The position numbers were made by a program, and so were the translations under genes. 64,000 bases of DNA from Macrostomum lignano. Its lineage: Eukaryota. Of this stretch, positions 1 through 13,000 are shown piece after piece (the first letter of the stretch is position 1; each line of letters begins with the position of its first letter). The notes under the pieces were generated by a model, which had not been told where the DNA came from, did not search any database, and saw nothing but the letters and a program-made list of their open reading frames with translations. The DNA is taken from positions 434,001-498,000 of the forward strand of contig NIVC01000173.1 of the NCBI GenBank assembly GCA_002269645.1, in the 5' to 3' direction.

Positions 1-49
1 GCATTACCCCCTTCTCTTATCTTCGCCCTGTCGGTCGTGTTCTGCTAAC

Positions 50-908
50 CCCAATGCACAGAGATAGAGCTCATATCTCCGCAGTGCTTAGCCGTCCCCA
101 ATGTACAGAGATAGGGCTCATATCTCTGCAGTGCTTAGCCGTCCCCAATGCACAGAGATAGGGCTCATATCCATCTCTGCAGTGCTTAGCCGTCCCCAAT
201 GCACAGAGATAGGGCTCATATCTCCGCAGTGCTTAGCCGTCCCCAATGTACAGAGATAGGGCTCATATCTCTGCAGTGCTTAGCCGTCCCCAATGTACAG
301 AGATAGGGCTCATATCTCTGCAGTGCTTAGCCGTCCCCAATGCACAGAGATAGGGCTCAAATCTCTGCAGTGCTTAGCCGTCCCCAATGCACAGAGATAG
401 GGCTCATATCTCTGCAGTGCTTAGCCGTCCCCAATGTACAGAGATAGGGCTCATATCTCTGCAGTGCTTTAAGCCGTCTCCAATGTACAGAGATAGGGCT
501 CATATCTCCGCAGTGCTTAGCCGTCCCCAATGTACAGAGATAGGGCTCATATCTCTGCAGTGCTTTAAGCCGTCCCCAATGTACAGAGATAGGGCTCATA
601 TCTCTGCAGTGCTTAGCCGTCCCCAATGCACAGAGATAGGGCTCATATCTCTGCAGTGCTTTAAGCCGTCCCCAATGTACAGAGATAGGGCTCATATCTC
701 TGCAGTGCTTAGCCGTCCCCAATGTACAGAGATAGGGCTCATATCCATCTCTGCAGTGCTTAGCCGTCCCCAATGCACGGAGATAGGGCTCATATCCATC
801 TCTGCAGTGCTTAGCCGTCCCCAATGCACAGAGATAGGGCTCATATCCATCTCTGCAGTGCTTAGCCGTCCCCAATGCACAGAGATAGGGCTCATATCTC
901 CGCAGTGT
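50..908. repeat. Minisatellite, ~47-bp unit (GTCCCCAATGCACAGAGATAGGGCTCATATCTCTGCAGTGCTTAGCC) with 49/51-bp variants
   Basis: Unit read directly. Lies downstream of the donor at 1444, so probably intronic to the transporter gene. Confidence 0.95.
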
Positions 909-1104
909 ATTTTTCCTTATTTATCCGCAGTGTACATTTGCATTGCCGCCTATCTGGCCAGTGCTAGTGCGGCAGTATCATAACTTAAATTGCGATTGAT
1001 AAAGCTTCTCTTGCTAAAATATCAGGTGACAAGAGGGATTGGCGACATTCAAAGCTAGCTTGAGCATACAGCAGTGTGTATGCCCATCAACTGAGGATTT
1101 GATG

Positions 1105-1320
1105 GGATTTGACACTATACTCTTAGAATAGCTTGAAGAGCCAGAAAAAGAATTCAGCTCATAGCTGCAGGCCAGATGAGAAAGGAGCAAAGGGAGAGAG
1201 GTAAGACAACTGAGAAAAGACACAAACCTTGAGCTGTTCGGATTGCTATTGTGAAGTTTCAAAGGACCCGAGGGCCGGATAGAGAGGCTTTACGGGGGCC
1301 AGAGTTTGCGCTTAGCCCTG
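1105..1320 (+). mobile_element. Degenerate non-autonomous DNA transposon (MITE), same family as 24094-25018
   Basis: 1215-1290 (GGATTGCTATTGTGAAGTTTCAAAGGACCCGAGGGCCGGATAGAGA) matches ~24900-24975, and ~1140-1185 matches ~24120-24165. Ends in CCCTG. Left end is approximate. Confidence 0.6.
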
Positions 1321-1444
1321 CTATACACTTATATTTTGGTCAAAAATCGCTTCAAAACGTTGAAGTTCTGTGCATAATCAGCTCATTCTGATGGCTTGTG
1401 CAGCGAACGAGATTTCGTAAGAAGAAAATCACAGAGAGTCTCAC

Positions 1445-2056
1445 CAGCGTGAAAATCTTATTAATCCAAGCGGACTCCTTCACGCCTAGCGAGATCACCA
1501 CAGTCAGCAGCAGGATGATGCCCAGCGCGAAGAAGTCCGGATACTCGGCGATGCCCTGCAGCGACATTGGCATGCTGGCCCTGAACGCGCCGATCACTTT
1601 GCCGCCGACTAAGCTGTCGAAGTTTTGCGACCAGGCGCGAGCTACGCTAGCAGTGCCGATCACGTACTCAAGGATGAGATTCCAGCCGATGACGAACGCC
1701 ATCAGCTCGCCAACTGACACGTAGCTGTACACGTAGGCCGAACCGGATTTCGGGACTCGAGCTCCGAATTCGGCGTAGCACAGGCCGGCCAACACCGACG
1801 CGGCGGCGGCGATCAGGAACGACACAACCACGGCCGGTCCCGTCGTTTTCTGTGCAACCTCGCCGGCAATCACGTAGACACCGGCGCCCAGGGTTGATCC
1901 GACGCCGAGAGCGACAAGATCTACGGTGGCCAGACAGCGGGCCAGCTTTGTGTCCTCCAGGTGCGCCTCGTCCAGGGTTTTCTTGCGAGTTAGTATACTC
2001 AAGAGTACAGAGATTCTACGCTTCGGATTTGATGAAGAGCAGAGACTTGGTGCCAT
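1445..2056 (-). CDS. Cationic amino acid transporter (SLC7A1-4/CAT-like, APC superfamily), first coding exon; the rest lies left of the window
   Basis: Motifs [56 protein letters not shown] and [11 protein letters not shown]. Donor CTG|GTGAGA after 1445. Confidence 0.93.
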
Positions 2057-3316
2057 GGCTAACCTTAATTGTGTATTTGATAGTTCCAGGGCAAAGCAAA
2101 ATCTCTGTAATCAAGACGCAAATTTTGTCGCTGACAAAAAGATAGTGCAGAAAATCTGACCTAAGAATGAGCATTCAGACGAGAATGAAGTCTGCTCTTT
2201 ATTCTTCCGTAGATTTTTTATGCTCAACTCTTGAGCGCACTAACTCGCTAGGCAGACACTTTTGGTTGGACAATAAGCTTCTCATCAAGCGCCTTTAGGT
2301 CAAGCCTTTGGTCTACGAGTGAGTAGTTGTGGCCCCAGCTCCATTGGCTGCAAATGCAGGTTAGCTTCAAGAAAATATGAGAAAAGTGAATAAAACAATG
2401 AATGTGCGCTATAGAATCATGTATAAATTTTTTTTCATACGACTTGCATACAGAATGGCTGTATGGCGCCTCAGTTGATTTTTGATTAAAAAGAGAAAGG
2501 TTCTGTCATGCTGCATAGCTAATAAATTGGTCGCACGCATCTGCAAGACTAGTAGGATTACGAATGAAGATCTGCACTATATAAGTTTCGCTAAAAAGAA
2601 CAATATGCTCTTTCTTATTACTTCAAATAGCCCGAAAACGAGTCATAATAATAATACAACACCAATGGGTAATAAACAAAGGCATACCTTTAACTAATGC
2701 TATAGTTACATATACGAGGGCGTGACGTGAATTTGGCTTGCGACAGCAGAAAAAAAGAAGATCATGTGACCCGTTTCGTTTCTTATAAGGTAGCTAAAGA
2801 CCATTTTTTTCTCTTTCGACCTTCTCTGCTAAAAGATGCTATTTCTTGACTTGCTGTGCGTGAAAGCTAGCTATTGAAGTGCAAGTACGCCCAGAAGTAC
2901 AGCCTGCTCTTGATTAGCTTAAATTAGCACGGTTAAACAGAATCAGAGACCTTACTTTAGGCCAAGCTGCTCAGGTTTGATTTTCAGGGCTTCGCTGCAA
3001 TCCAGACACCCGATAGGCATCCTATAATGCCCACATGTCTAACAATGGATAAATAATCAGCGGTCCCAGTGCGTGACAACGATTGTCTGGCGAGCATAAG
3101 AGCTGGAAAGTCCACAGGAGTTCTATGGTCGAAAGCCAACCAAACGTTGTTAAGACGCACGGCAGAGAAATTCATTTGAAATTAGGACATTCGTCTTGAA
3201 GAAACTATAAATTGCTAAACAAAAAAAATAACCAGGCCAAGTTACACCCAAGCACGTAATGTAGTAACTAGGACTGTGAGCAATAAAAAATCATAAATCA
3301 TTTTTCACATAACGCG

Positions 3317-6300
3317 ATGCCATCCGGATTTCTGTGCAGCCTGTTGGGGCTTTCCTGTGCGCTAGCACTGCTCGGTGCGACCCTGGCTGATGGCGAAGCG
3401 CCGGAGACTGCAGAAAAATCCGACGCCAGCAAGGAGGAAGCGAAACCGTCACAAGCTGTTCTTGATGATGCCGACTTTTGGATTGGTGAGCTGATCTGCA
3501 GTTTTGTGTATTTAGATGGGCAGACAGATTTATAAATGCCAGCGCTAGACAATATACTGTGCTAAGACAGACAGCCACGAGACACAACCACACCAGGACA
3601 GACACCAGGACAGACACCAGGACACAGATACCAAGACAGACACTAGGACAGAGACCAGGACAGACACTATGACAGAGAGCAGGACAGACACTAGGACGGA
3701 CACTAGGACAGACACACCAAAAAAAGACACTAGGACAGACACTAGGACAGACACACCAAGAAAGACACTAGGACAGACACTAGGACAGACACTAGGACGG
3801 ACACTAGGACGGACACTAGGACAGACACTAGGACAGACACTAGGACAGACACTAGGACGGACACTAGGACAGACACTAGGACAGACACTAGGACAGACAC
3901 TAGGACAGACACTAGGACGGACACTAGGACGGACACTAGGACAGACACTAGGACAGACACTAGGACAGACACTAGGACGGACACTAGGACAGACACTAGG
4001 ACAGACACTAGGACAGACACTAGGACAGACACTAGGACGGACACTAGGACAGACACTAGGACAGACACTAGGACAGACACTAGGACAGACACTAGGACAG
4101 ACACTAGGACAGACACTAGGACGGACACTAGGACGGACACTAGGACAGACACTAGGACAGACACTAGGACAGACACTAGGACAGACACTAGGACGGACAC
4201 TAGGACGGACACTAGGACGGACACTAGGACAGACACCAGGACAGACACTAGGACAGACACTAGGACGGACACTAGGACGGACACTAGGACAGACACTAGG
4301 ACAGACACTAGGACAGACACTAGGACGGACACTAGGACAGACACTAGGACAGACACTAGGACAGACACTAGGACGGACACTAGGACAGACACTAGGACGG
4401 ACACTAGGACAGACACTAGGACAGACACTAGGACAGACACTAGGACAGACACTAGGACAGACACTAGGACAGACACTAGGACAGACACTAGGACAGACAC
4501 TAGGACAGACACTAGGACAGACACTAGGACAGACACTAGGACAGACACTAGGACAGACACTAGGACGGACACTAGGACAGACACTAGGACAGACACTAGG
4601 ACAGACACTAGGACAGACACTAGGACAGACACTAGGACAGACACTAGGACGGACACTAGGACAGACACTAGGACAGACACTAGGACAGACACTAGGACAG
4701 ACACTAGGACGGACACTAGGACAGACACTAGGACAGACACTAGGACGGACACTAGGTCAGACACTAGGACAGACACTAGGACAGACACTAGGACGGACAC
4801 TAGGACAGACACTAGGACAGACACTAGGACAGACACTAGGACAGACACTAGGACAGACACTATGACGGACACTAGGACGGACACTAGGACGGACACTAGG
4901 ACAGACACTAGGACAGACACTAGGACAGACACTAGGACGGACACTAGGACAGACACTAGGACAGACACTAGGACGGACACTAGGACGGACACTAGGACAG
5001 ATGGCTGCTCACAAATTAGTCCTGACTACTCGCAGGTACGGCCCCGTTCTGCAAGGCCACCGCCGATGACTGTGAAACATTCGACCTGAAGTTCATTCGC
5101 GAGGATTCCACCGGCAACGGTGCCAAGTGCTGGACTGGCAAGAAGGTGCTCTGTCAGCAGAAACAGTTGAAATCCGAATTCGTGACCAGCTCAAACAACG
5201 AGTTGGTGGTGGCAGTTTACAATGTCGACGAACTGTCATTCTCAGAAGAGCACAACGGACAAACTGAGAGAACTTGTCATATTCCAAGAGGTCAGTTTGA
5301 TGAAGATGTTTTTCACCTGACCAATCAGGGAGAGTCCCAATCAGTGTCTCACCTGACCAATCAGAGAGAAATCCTAATGTATTACCTGACCGATCAGGAG
5401 AATCCTAATCAGTGTCTCACCTGACCAATCAGGGAGAATCCTAATGTCTCACCTGATTAGTCATGGAGAATCCCAATCAGTGTCTCATCTGACCAGAGAA
5501 TCCCATCACTCCTTTCTGGCAGCTTTGCTAAGCAAGTACCCAGACCTGGACGTGATTATCCTAGTCGGCCTATTCGTTGGCGGCTGCATGCAGAATGGAC
5601 AGAGCAAGCCGCCCATAACAATGGGTCTGATGCTGACCAATTACGGCTTTGGTCAGGCCAGCACCATTGTTGGAGAGTCAACCCGAGGCATTACGGAAAC
5701 CAACGGCGGTGTAGTGATCGTGTCCCGCTGGCCAATGATCAGCACGAGAGAGCACGTGTTCGCTAACTATGCTGGACTGGATAGGTTTATTGAGCGAGGT
5801 GCAGTTTACGGTGGGATTAATAAGCACGGTGTCATCTACCACGTGGTTGGAACGCAGCTGCAGGTAAACCAATGAGCCATTTTCATGGTTTTTAAGCACA
5901 GGACATGTAGAACTGTACGTAGGATAATAAATTAACGTAGGAATTTCCTCAACGAAAAGCTTTTTGAACATCAATAGATCTATAAAAAAGCAATGCATTT
6001 CAAAAGATGAACACTGGGTCTGCCTCCTATCAAAAGCAATAACAGTTTTTGTGCTGAAAAAATGAGAATCTCCGCAGTGTATTTTTCGGCGGAAACCAGC
6101 CTCCTAAGCATCTAAGAAACCTATAGTTTCTCGTCCTTCCATTTGAGTAGTCCTTGCCTCTTCCATGATAGAATGAATAATTGTAGAGCCTTTGACATTG
6201 GATTCGACATCTACCGGCTACCAACACGTAATAAATTCCCGTCTCAGACACCTCGCCACTGAGTTTGGTATCAACCCAAACTTGATGCTAACTTGGTTTC

Positions 6301-7495
6301 GTCAGCCCAGTTGAGATAGTTGAGCCACCCAGCAGTAGAGATTTGGTCTTGCCCATGGACATAGATATGACAGGAAATGACAACGAAAGTAGAAAATTCT
6401 GATGTTTACCTGCACGGAAGTCGATGTTTGAGCATGATTTCTGTAAGCTCAAAAATCCGATAACAGTTTTGAAAACTGAGAAAAAGAGAGAGAGAGACGC
6501 GTCGCTACTGACATCCTTCTTTGTCAGTCTAGATACGGCCAAATAATCAACCCCCGAGTGCCTATTTGCGTGTATGTGTATGTCTATGGCCAAATCATCA
6601 ACCCCCGAGTGCCTATTTGCGAGTATGTGTATGTCTATGGCCAAATAATCAACCCCCGAGTGCCTATTTGCGTTAATGTGTATGTCTATGGCCAAATAAT
6701 CAACCCCGAGTGCCTATTTGCGTTAATGTGTATGTCTATAGCCAAATAATCAACCCCCGAATGCCTATTTGCGTTTGTGTATGTCTATGGCCAAATAATC
6801 AACCCCAGCCAGGCAGCCAGACTTTTATTGATTGGACTTGTCTATGGAGAAAGTAGCTATGCAATAAATAATATACGGCCTCTAACTAATTTCTAAGTAC
6901 GAGTAACACTAACCTTCCACCTTGCCTCACACAGTCTGGCGTGGACAAGGAAAATATCCGCCTGGAACAAGCCAAAGAAGTCGCTAATTTTATCAGCGAG
7001 CTAGAACTGCCATCGAGTCATCCGGTCATCATTAGCGGCGATTTTCAAACCGACTATCTGAGCGACAAGCCGGCGGCTGAGAAACTATTCAATACAATGT
7101 TCGCTTCAACTATGCCAGCCATTGTTAGCGAAGTCCGAGTCAACGTAGATTATCAATCCAACGACCTAGTTGAGCCAGGTAAGAATGATCAAGAGTGGCG
7201 CGACTACGCCCTGTTTAGCAACAGACACCTGCCGGCCGATCAAGCCACCCTTGAAACCAGCTTATTCACCGCTGACAAGGACATCCGCTACTGCACCAGC
7301 GCGGTCATGCAGCCAACCTACGTGTCAGCCGGTGCGATGACCTGCGCCAGCGATAAAACCACGAAGCAATTATCGGATCATTATCCCATAATTGGTCGAT
7401 TCACTTTCAATACCAATGAGCAGAGTGCGCCAATGCAGTACAGGCATCCTACGGAGCAGCCATCTTACACTAACGAGACCAGCTCGACCAATTAG
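3317..7495 (+). CDS. Secreted sphingomyelinase C-like protein (endonuclease/exonuclease/phosphatase fold), 441 aa, with N-terminal Cys-rich GTAPFC module
   Basis: Exons 3317-3485, 5036-5290, 5523-5863, 6935-7495; all GT-AG, phases consistent, 1326 nt. Signal peptide, then YNV, DVIIL, GGVVIVSRWP, YHVVGTQLQ, PVIISGDF, DYALF and LSDHYPI. Confidence 0.85.
3570..5000. repeat. 12-bp minisatellite (GACACTAGGACA/G), ~120 copies, intron 1 of the sphingomyelinase-like gene
   Basis: Read directly; source of the (GQTL)n, (VSVL)n and (TDTR)n ORFs. Confidence 0.97.
5316..5505. repeat. Degenerate short tandem repeat (CCTGACCAATCAGGGAGAATCC-like), intron 2
   Basis: Read directly. Confidence 0.8.
6536..6808. 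repeat. 51-bp minisatellite, ~5 copies, intron 3
   Basis: GGCCAAATAATCAACCCCCGAGTGCCTATTTGCG repeated. Confidence 0.93.
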
Positions 7496-7824
7496 ACAAT
7501 TATTAATAGTATAACAATAATTTATTACCAAAATAACATTAGTAAGCTGTGCAGCGTCTAGGCGGCTTATTTTCCTCTTATATTATTAAGTTAACTCAGC
7601 ACTACTGCAAGTAGCTAAAATAAACTAGAAAAAACTTAACATTCGCATGTTGTCAAGATGCACTACTCCAAGTGGCTTAATGAAAGCATCTGCATTTTTT
7701 CGAAGATTCAGTAAAACAAATTTAATAGTTGGTTTGTTAAATATTAAGCTAATTATAGTAAGAAATATTTTCTAACTTTAATATTTGCACATTCAAAGAT
7801 AAGGACAATAACTTAGAAAGAATC

Positions 7825-8420
7825 TGAAGAATCCCTTACAGGGAAATCGAAGAATTCCTGATGGGGAATCCGAAGAATCACTTATAGGGAGGAGTCCGGA
7901 ATCCCTCATGGGGAATCCGGAGAATCCCTTATGAGTAATCCCGAGAATCCCTCGTAGGGTAATCCAGAGATCCCTTATGGGAAATACGGAGAATCACTGA
8001 TGGAGAATCCCGAGAATCACATGTGGGGAAATCCTGAGAATCACTTGCGGGGAATTCCGGAGAATCCCCTCTGGGAAATCCGAAGAATCCCTGATGGGGA
8101 ATCCAGAGAATCCCTGATGGGGAATCCGGAGAATCCCTGATGGGGAATCCGGAGAATCCCTTCTGGGAACTCCAGAGAATCCCTGGTGGGGAATCCGGAG
8201 AATCCCTGGTGGGGAATCCGGAGAATCCCTGGTGGGGAATCCGGGAATCCCTGGTAGGGAATCCGGAGAATCCCTTCTGGGAACTCCAGAGAATCCCTTC
8301 TGGGAACTCCAGATAATCCCTGATGGGGAATCTGAAGAATCCTTTGTGGTAAATCCAAAGAATCTCTCGAGGGAAATCCTGAGAATCCCTTATAGGGAAT
8401 TCCTACGGGAAAACCGAAAT
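7825..8420. repeat. Degenerate ~23-bp repeat (GGGGAATCCGGAGAATCCCTGAT)
   Basis: Read directly; a second block of the same family is at 9380-9870. Confidence 0.88.
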
Positions 8421-9122
8421 TCTAGCTAACTAACAAAAATCATGTTTTTGAAGCTTAAGTAAATCTTTGAGAATGAGCCTGATTGGTTCTCTAAAGTTGG
8501 TAACTGTTAGCGACCACTACGCTTGTATCAGCGATGTAAAAAAGACAAACAATGTTGAGTTAAAAATTGATTGCTCTGCTTACAAGAGCCAATATTAGTG
8601 ATCATTATTATATAGAGCAGATACTGAATGAATTAAGGATTTATTATTAGACAAAAATGATAGATTACAGTAAAATTAAACGCGCTTATTGCATGCAGCA
8701 TAGGAAATTAAATAAATATATATTTACAATTTAACTACAGCGACTCAAACAAGTAAATGCCCAAGAAAAAATCGACAAGTTATTGAGTTTTAAAAGTATT
8801 CTACAAAAAGGATTCAATATTAGATTTGAATTTAAATTAAACAAAAAGTGTCGATCCTTAACAACGCGTTGCACTACACGTTACTTTTTGAGAACGGCTT
8901 CATTCTGTTTTATCGAAACAATATTATGTTCAACAGATAGTATTATTAACAAGTTTTACAACAAGCAAACTAGGCAATAAAATGCCTATATTTTAATGCA
9001 TATAGAACAAAAACCCCGATAACTGCTGGTAAGCATATTAATTAGCTGTTAGCTTTAGATAAAGCTAAACTTAATTATTATTAAATGCATATTTTAACTT
9101 TGGAAACTCCTCCCATGCTTGG

Positions 9123-9278
9123 GCGCAACCTAGGGATTCACCCAGCCGTCTCTATTGGCAACACACACACGTAAGTCGCTATTGGACAGAATAGTAGTCA
9201 CGTGGCAGCTCTCAGCCAATAGCGACTTACATGTGTGTGTTGCCAATAGAAACGGCCGAGTGATTCCCAAGGTTGCGC
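9123..9278. repeat. 156-bp inverted repeat (about 63-bp arms, 30-bp spacer), MITE-like
   Basis: 9123-9185 is the near-perfect reverse complement of 9216-9278. Confidence 0.85.
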
Positions 9279-9379
9279 ATGTATGGAAACTCTGAATTTC
9301 TTCCTACGGAATAACAAAGTCAAACTTTCTTTAGGGAACTGTACAAAACGGTCTTCCAGGCAATCGGGACAATTTCCAC

Positions 9380-9870
9380 TTGGAGAATCCCTCTGGAGAA
9401 TACGAAGAATCGCCTCTGGGAAATTCGGAGAATCCCTGATGGGGAATCCGGAGAATCCCTTGTGGGGAATACGGAGAAGCACTGATAGGTAACCCTGAGA
9501 ATTACTTGTGGGGGAATCCGGGAATGCTTGATGGGGAATCCAGAGATCCTTTCTGGGAACTTATATTCCCCTATATGGAATCTGGAGATTTCCGATAATC
9601 CCCTCTGGAATATCCAGGGAATCCCTCTGGGATATCCAGGGAATCCCCTCTGAAATATCCAGGAAATTCCCTCTGGGATAGCCAGGGAATCCCCTCTGGG
9701 ATATCCAGGGAATTCCTCTAGGAAATCCCGAGAATTAACTTTGGGGAATCCAGGAGAATCCCATCTGGGAAATGAAATTCAGAGAATCCTCTCTGGGGAA
9801 TTCGGCGAATCCCTTATGGGAATCCGGAGAAACCCCTTTTGGGAAACCCAGAGAATCCCTTAGAGATTCT
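9380..9870. repeat. Degenerate GGGAATCC/GAGAATCCC repeat block
   Basis: Same family and orientation as 7825-8420. Confidence 0.85.
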
Positions 9871-10076
9871 GAAGATGAGGAATTTTACTATCTAATAAAA
9901 ATCCTATTTCGGGAACTTGCAGAATTCGTGAAGATGATTATAATTCATGATTCCCAAAAATATCGATCCCGAAAGTAATAATTGTTACTATCTATAAGAA
10001 AATCCAAGCAAAGGACATCCTTAAGGCATACTAAATAATTTGATATTTCTTGCAAATAGCAGAGTTTATAGTTCAA

Positions 10077-13000
10077 TTATAACAAATGCTGGTACGATCG
10101 ACGCTGATTGACACCGACGTGGTTGCCATGGCTACCAGCTGGCGGCCACGTCACCACGTTGGACCAGCGGCCCGACCTGCCTGCGGCGTCCTCGGCGCGT
10201 AGCACAAAATGACAGGCGCCCCGACGCGTGTCGATGCCGACCTGACAGCGCATCGGCAGCGGCAAGGCGCGCAGGTCGGCAGTTTTGGCCCAGGCCTCGG
10301 CGGGCAGGCCCGGCCGCTGGTAGCAGTACCACACCGAGTAGCTGGCGATCTGCTGCTGCCGGTCAGGCACCAGGCCGCGCAGATTCCAGTGGAGCTCCGC
10401 CGATTGCCTGGCAACGGATTGCATGTATTGGGATTACGGGAGAGTACCGAGGATTGGCATTATCGGGGACTGAATTCATAAGGGGATCATGGCAGATTGG
10501 AATCATTTGGGATTATAAATTATTGATTATGGATTATAGATTTTTGGGATCATTTGGGATGATAGATTATTGGGATCATTTGGGATGATAGATTATTGGG
10601 ATCATTTGGGATTATTGATTATTGGGATCATTTGGGATTATTGATTATTGGGATCATTTGGGATTATAGATTATTGGGATCATTTGGGATCATAGAATAT
10701 TGAAAATTGAAATTGAGGGGAACTTATTAGGATTGGAATTATTGGGGAATAATTGAGGATTGGGATCAGTAAAATGGTGGAGGGAATCGATAACTGGATA
10801 TCGTCTTTAATTACCATAATTACCAATTCAATTCAACCAATTTAAATATATCCATTCATATAACATATATAAACATAAGTGTCAACTACAAAAGTTTAGC
10901 CAATCCAGCAACTGTTACAATGCAAGGAATGGCAGTTATTTAAATTTAAGCAGTTCATTTAATAATGTCCCAAGGCATTAGCCCACTTTGCTAGCAAATT
11001 AAATGTAAGTAAGCAAAAGTGGAATTTGACTGACTTGGGTAAGATATTAAATATAATTAATTCGATGCTTTATGTTAACCACCATTATAACAATACATCA
11101 TGCGACGTAAAGCGCTTTCAAGATGCAAATTAATTTAATTAATAACAGTGGCAGACAGGCTAATGTCCCAAGGCATTAGCCCACTTTGCAAGTTCAAAGC
11201 TTCACTTTCTCTTAATAAAAAGGGAAACTAAGTAGCGAAGTGGAATTTGACTGCCTTGGGTGAGACGCGTAGATGATTTATTGAAATTATTTATGTAGCG
11301 AAATGAACATCTTAGGGTAAATTTATTATATAGGATCGATATCCATAGATAAAAACCAATAATATATATTTCAGTTAGATTTAAAAACAATAATCGATAT
11401 TCCTGATTAACTAATAAAAATCAATAATCTATATACCCAATTGACTAATAAAAATTGACAATCAAAATTCCCCATTCACTGATAAAAATCAATAATCGAT
11501 ATTCCCGATCGACGAATAAAACCAATAATCGATTTTCTTGATTGACTCAAAAATCAATAATCGATATTTCCGATTGATTGATAAAAACCAATAATCGATT
11601 TTCCTGATAAATGAAAAATCAATAATCGATATTCCCGATCGACTAATAAAACCAATAATCGATTTTCTGCGTAACTAAAAAATCAATAATCGATATTCCA
11701 TATCGACTAATAAAAGCCAATAATCGATATACCTGATTATTGATAAACTAATAGAAATCAATAATCGATATCACGGATACCAAAATCAGTACAAAGCACA
11801 GCCTAACCTATCAGCCGCATTGGCGCACACTTCAAGCACCGGCGCTTGTCGCAAGCTCAATGGCAGAGTCGCTAATCTGTCCAAAGGCGGTCCTGGTGGT
11901 GGCGGCGGCGGCTGCTGCTGAACAGACTGCGACGAAGCGACAACAGGTTGAGCATGAGAGCGCGCCTGTTGCTGGCTAGCATTGACGCTGAAACTGAAAC
12001 TGCTAATTGAAGACACAGCAGCGCTCGATTGTTGCGGCCCGTTTGAGACTGCGCCAGCCACTGCCAGAGATGACGGAGCTGTCGATGTGTATCGAACGGC
12101 CTGTAGCGAGCCCGCTGTCAGGGCAGATGGCAGGTCGGCAAAGAAAGGATATTAAGAAAGGCTCGACTTGATTCTTAACTGTCTGACCTAGCTAGAAATT
12201 TTGACACTCAAAACCCTGAATCTCGAGGACTCAGTTGCCTGAATCACGAGGACTCAGTTGCCTGAATCTCGAGGACTCAGTTGCCTGAATCACGAGGACT
12301 CAGTTTCCTGAATCCTGAGGACTCAGTTGCCTGAATCATGAGGACTCAGTTGCCTGAATCTCGAGGACTCAGTTGCCTGAATCCCGAGGACTCAGTTGCC
12401 TGAATCACGAGGACTCAGTTTCCTGAATCCTGAGGACTCAGTTGCCTGAATCATGAGGACTCAGTTGCCTGAATCTCGAGGACTCAGTTGCCTGAATCAC
12501 GAGGACTCAGTTGCCTGAATCACGAGGACTCAGTTGCCTGAATCATGAGGACTCAGTTGCCTGAATCCCGAGGACTCAGTTGTCTGAATCATGAGGACTC
12601 AGTTTCCTGAATCCTGAGGACTCAGTTGCCTGAATCATGAGGACTCAGTTGCCTGAATCATGAGGACTCAGTTGCCTGAATCATGAGGACTCAGTTTCCT
12701 GAATCATGAGGACTCAGTTGCCTGAATCCTGAGGACTCAGTTGCCTGAATCCTGAGGACTCAGTTGCTTGAATCATGAGGACTCAGTTGTCTGAATCATG
12801 AGGACTCAGTTGCCTGAATCATGAGGACTCAGTTGCCTGAATCATGAGGACTCAGTTGCCTGAATCCTGAGGACTCAGCGACCTGAATCTCAGAGACTCA
12901 CTTGCCTGAATTTTGAGGACTCGGCTGCCTGACATTTAAGAACTCAGCACCCTGGATCTTGAGGACTCAGCACGCAGAATCTTGAGGACTCAGCGCCCTG

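Noticed and set aside
357-983. ORFs of 172, 198 and 67 aa
   Set aside because: Translations of the 47-bp array.
3545-5089. (GQTL)n, (VSVL)n and (TDTR)n ORFs up to 416 aa
   Set aside because: A stop-free 12-bp unit inside a well-defined intron.
9181-9220. ER-stress element (CCAAT-N9-CCACG)
   Set aside because: Spacing and orientation of CCAAT and CACGTG do not fit.
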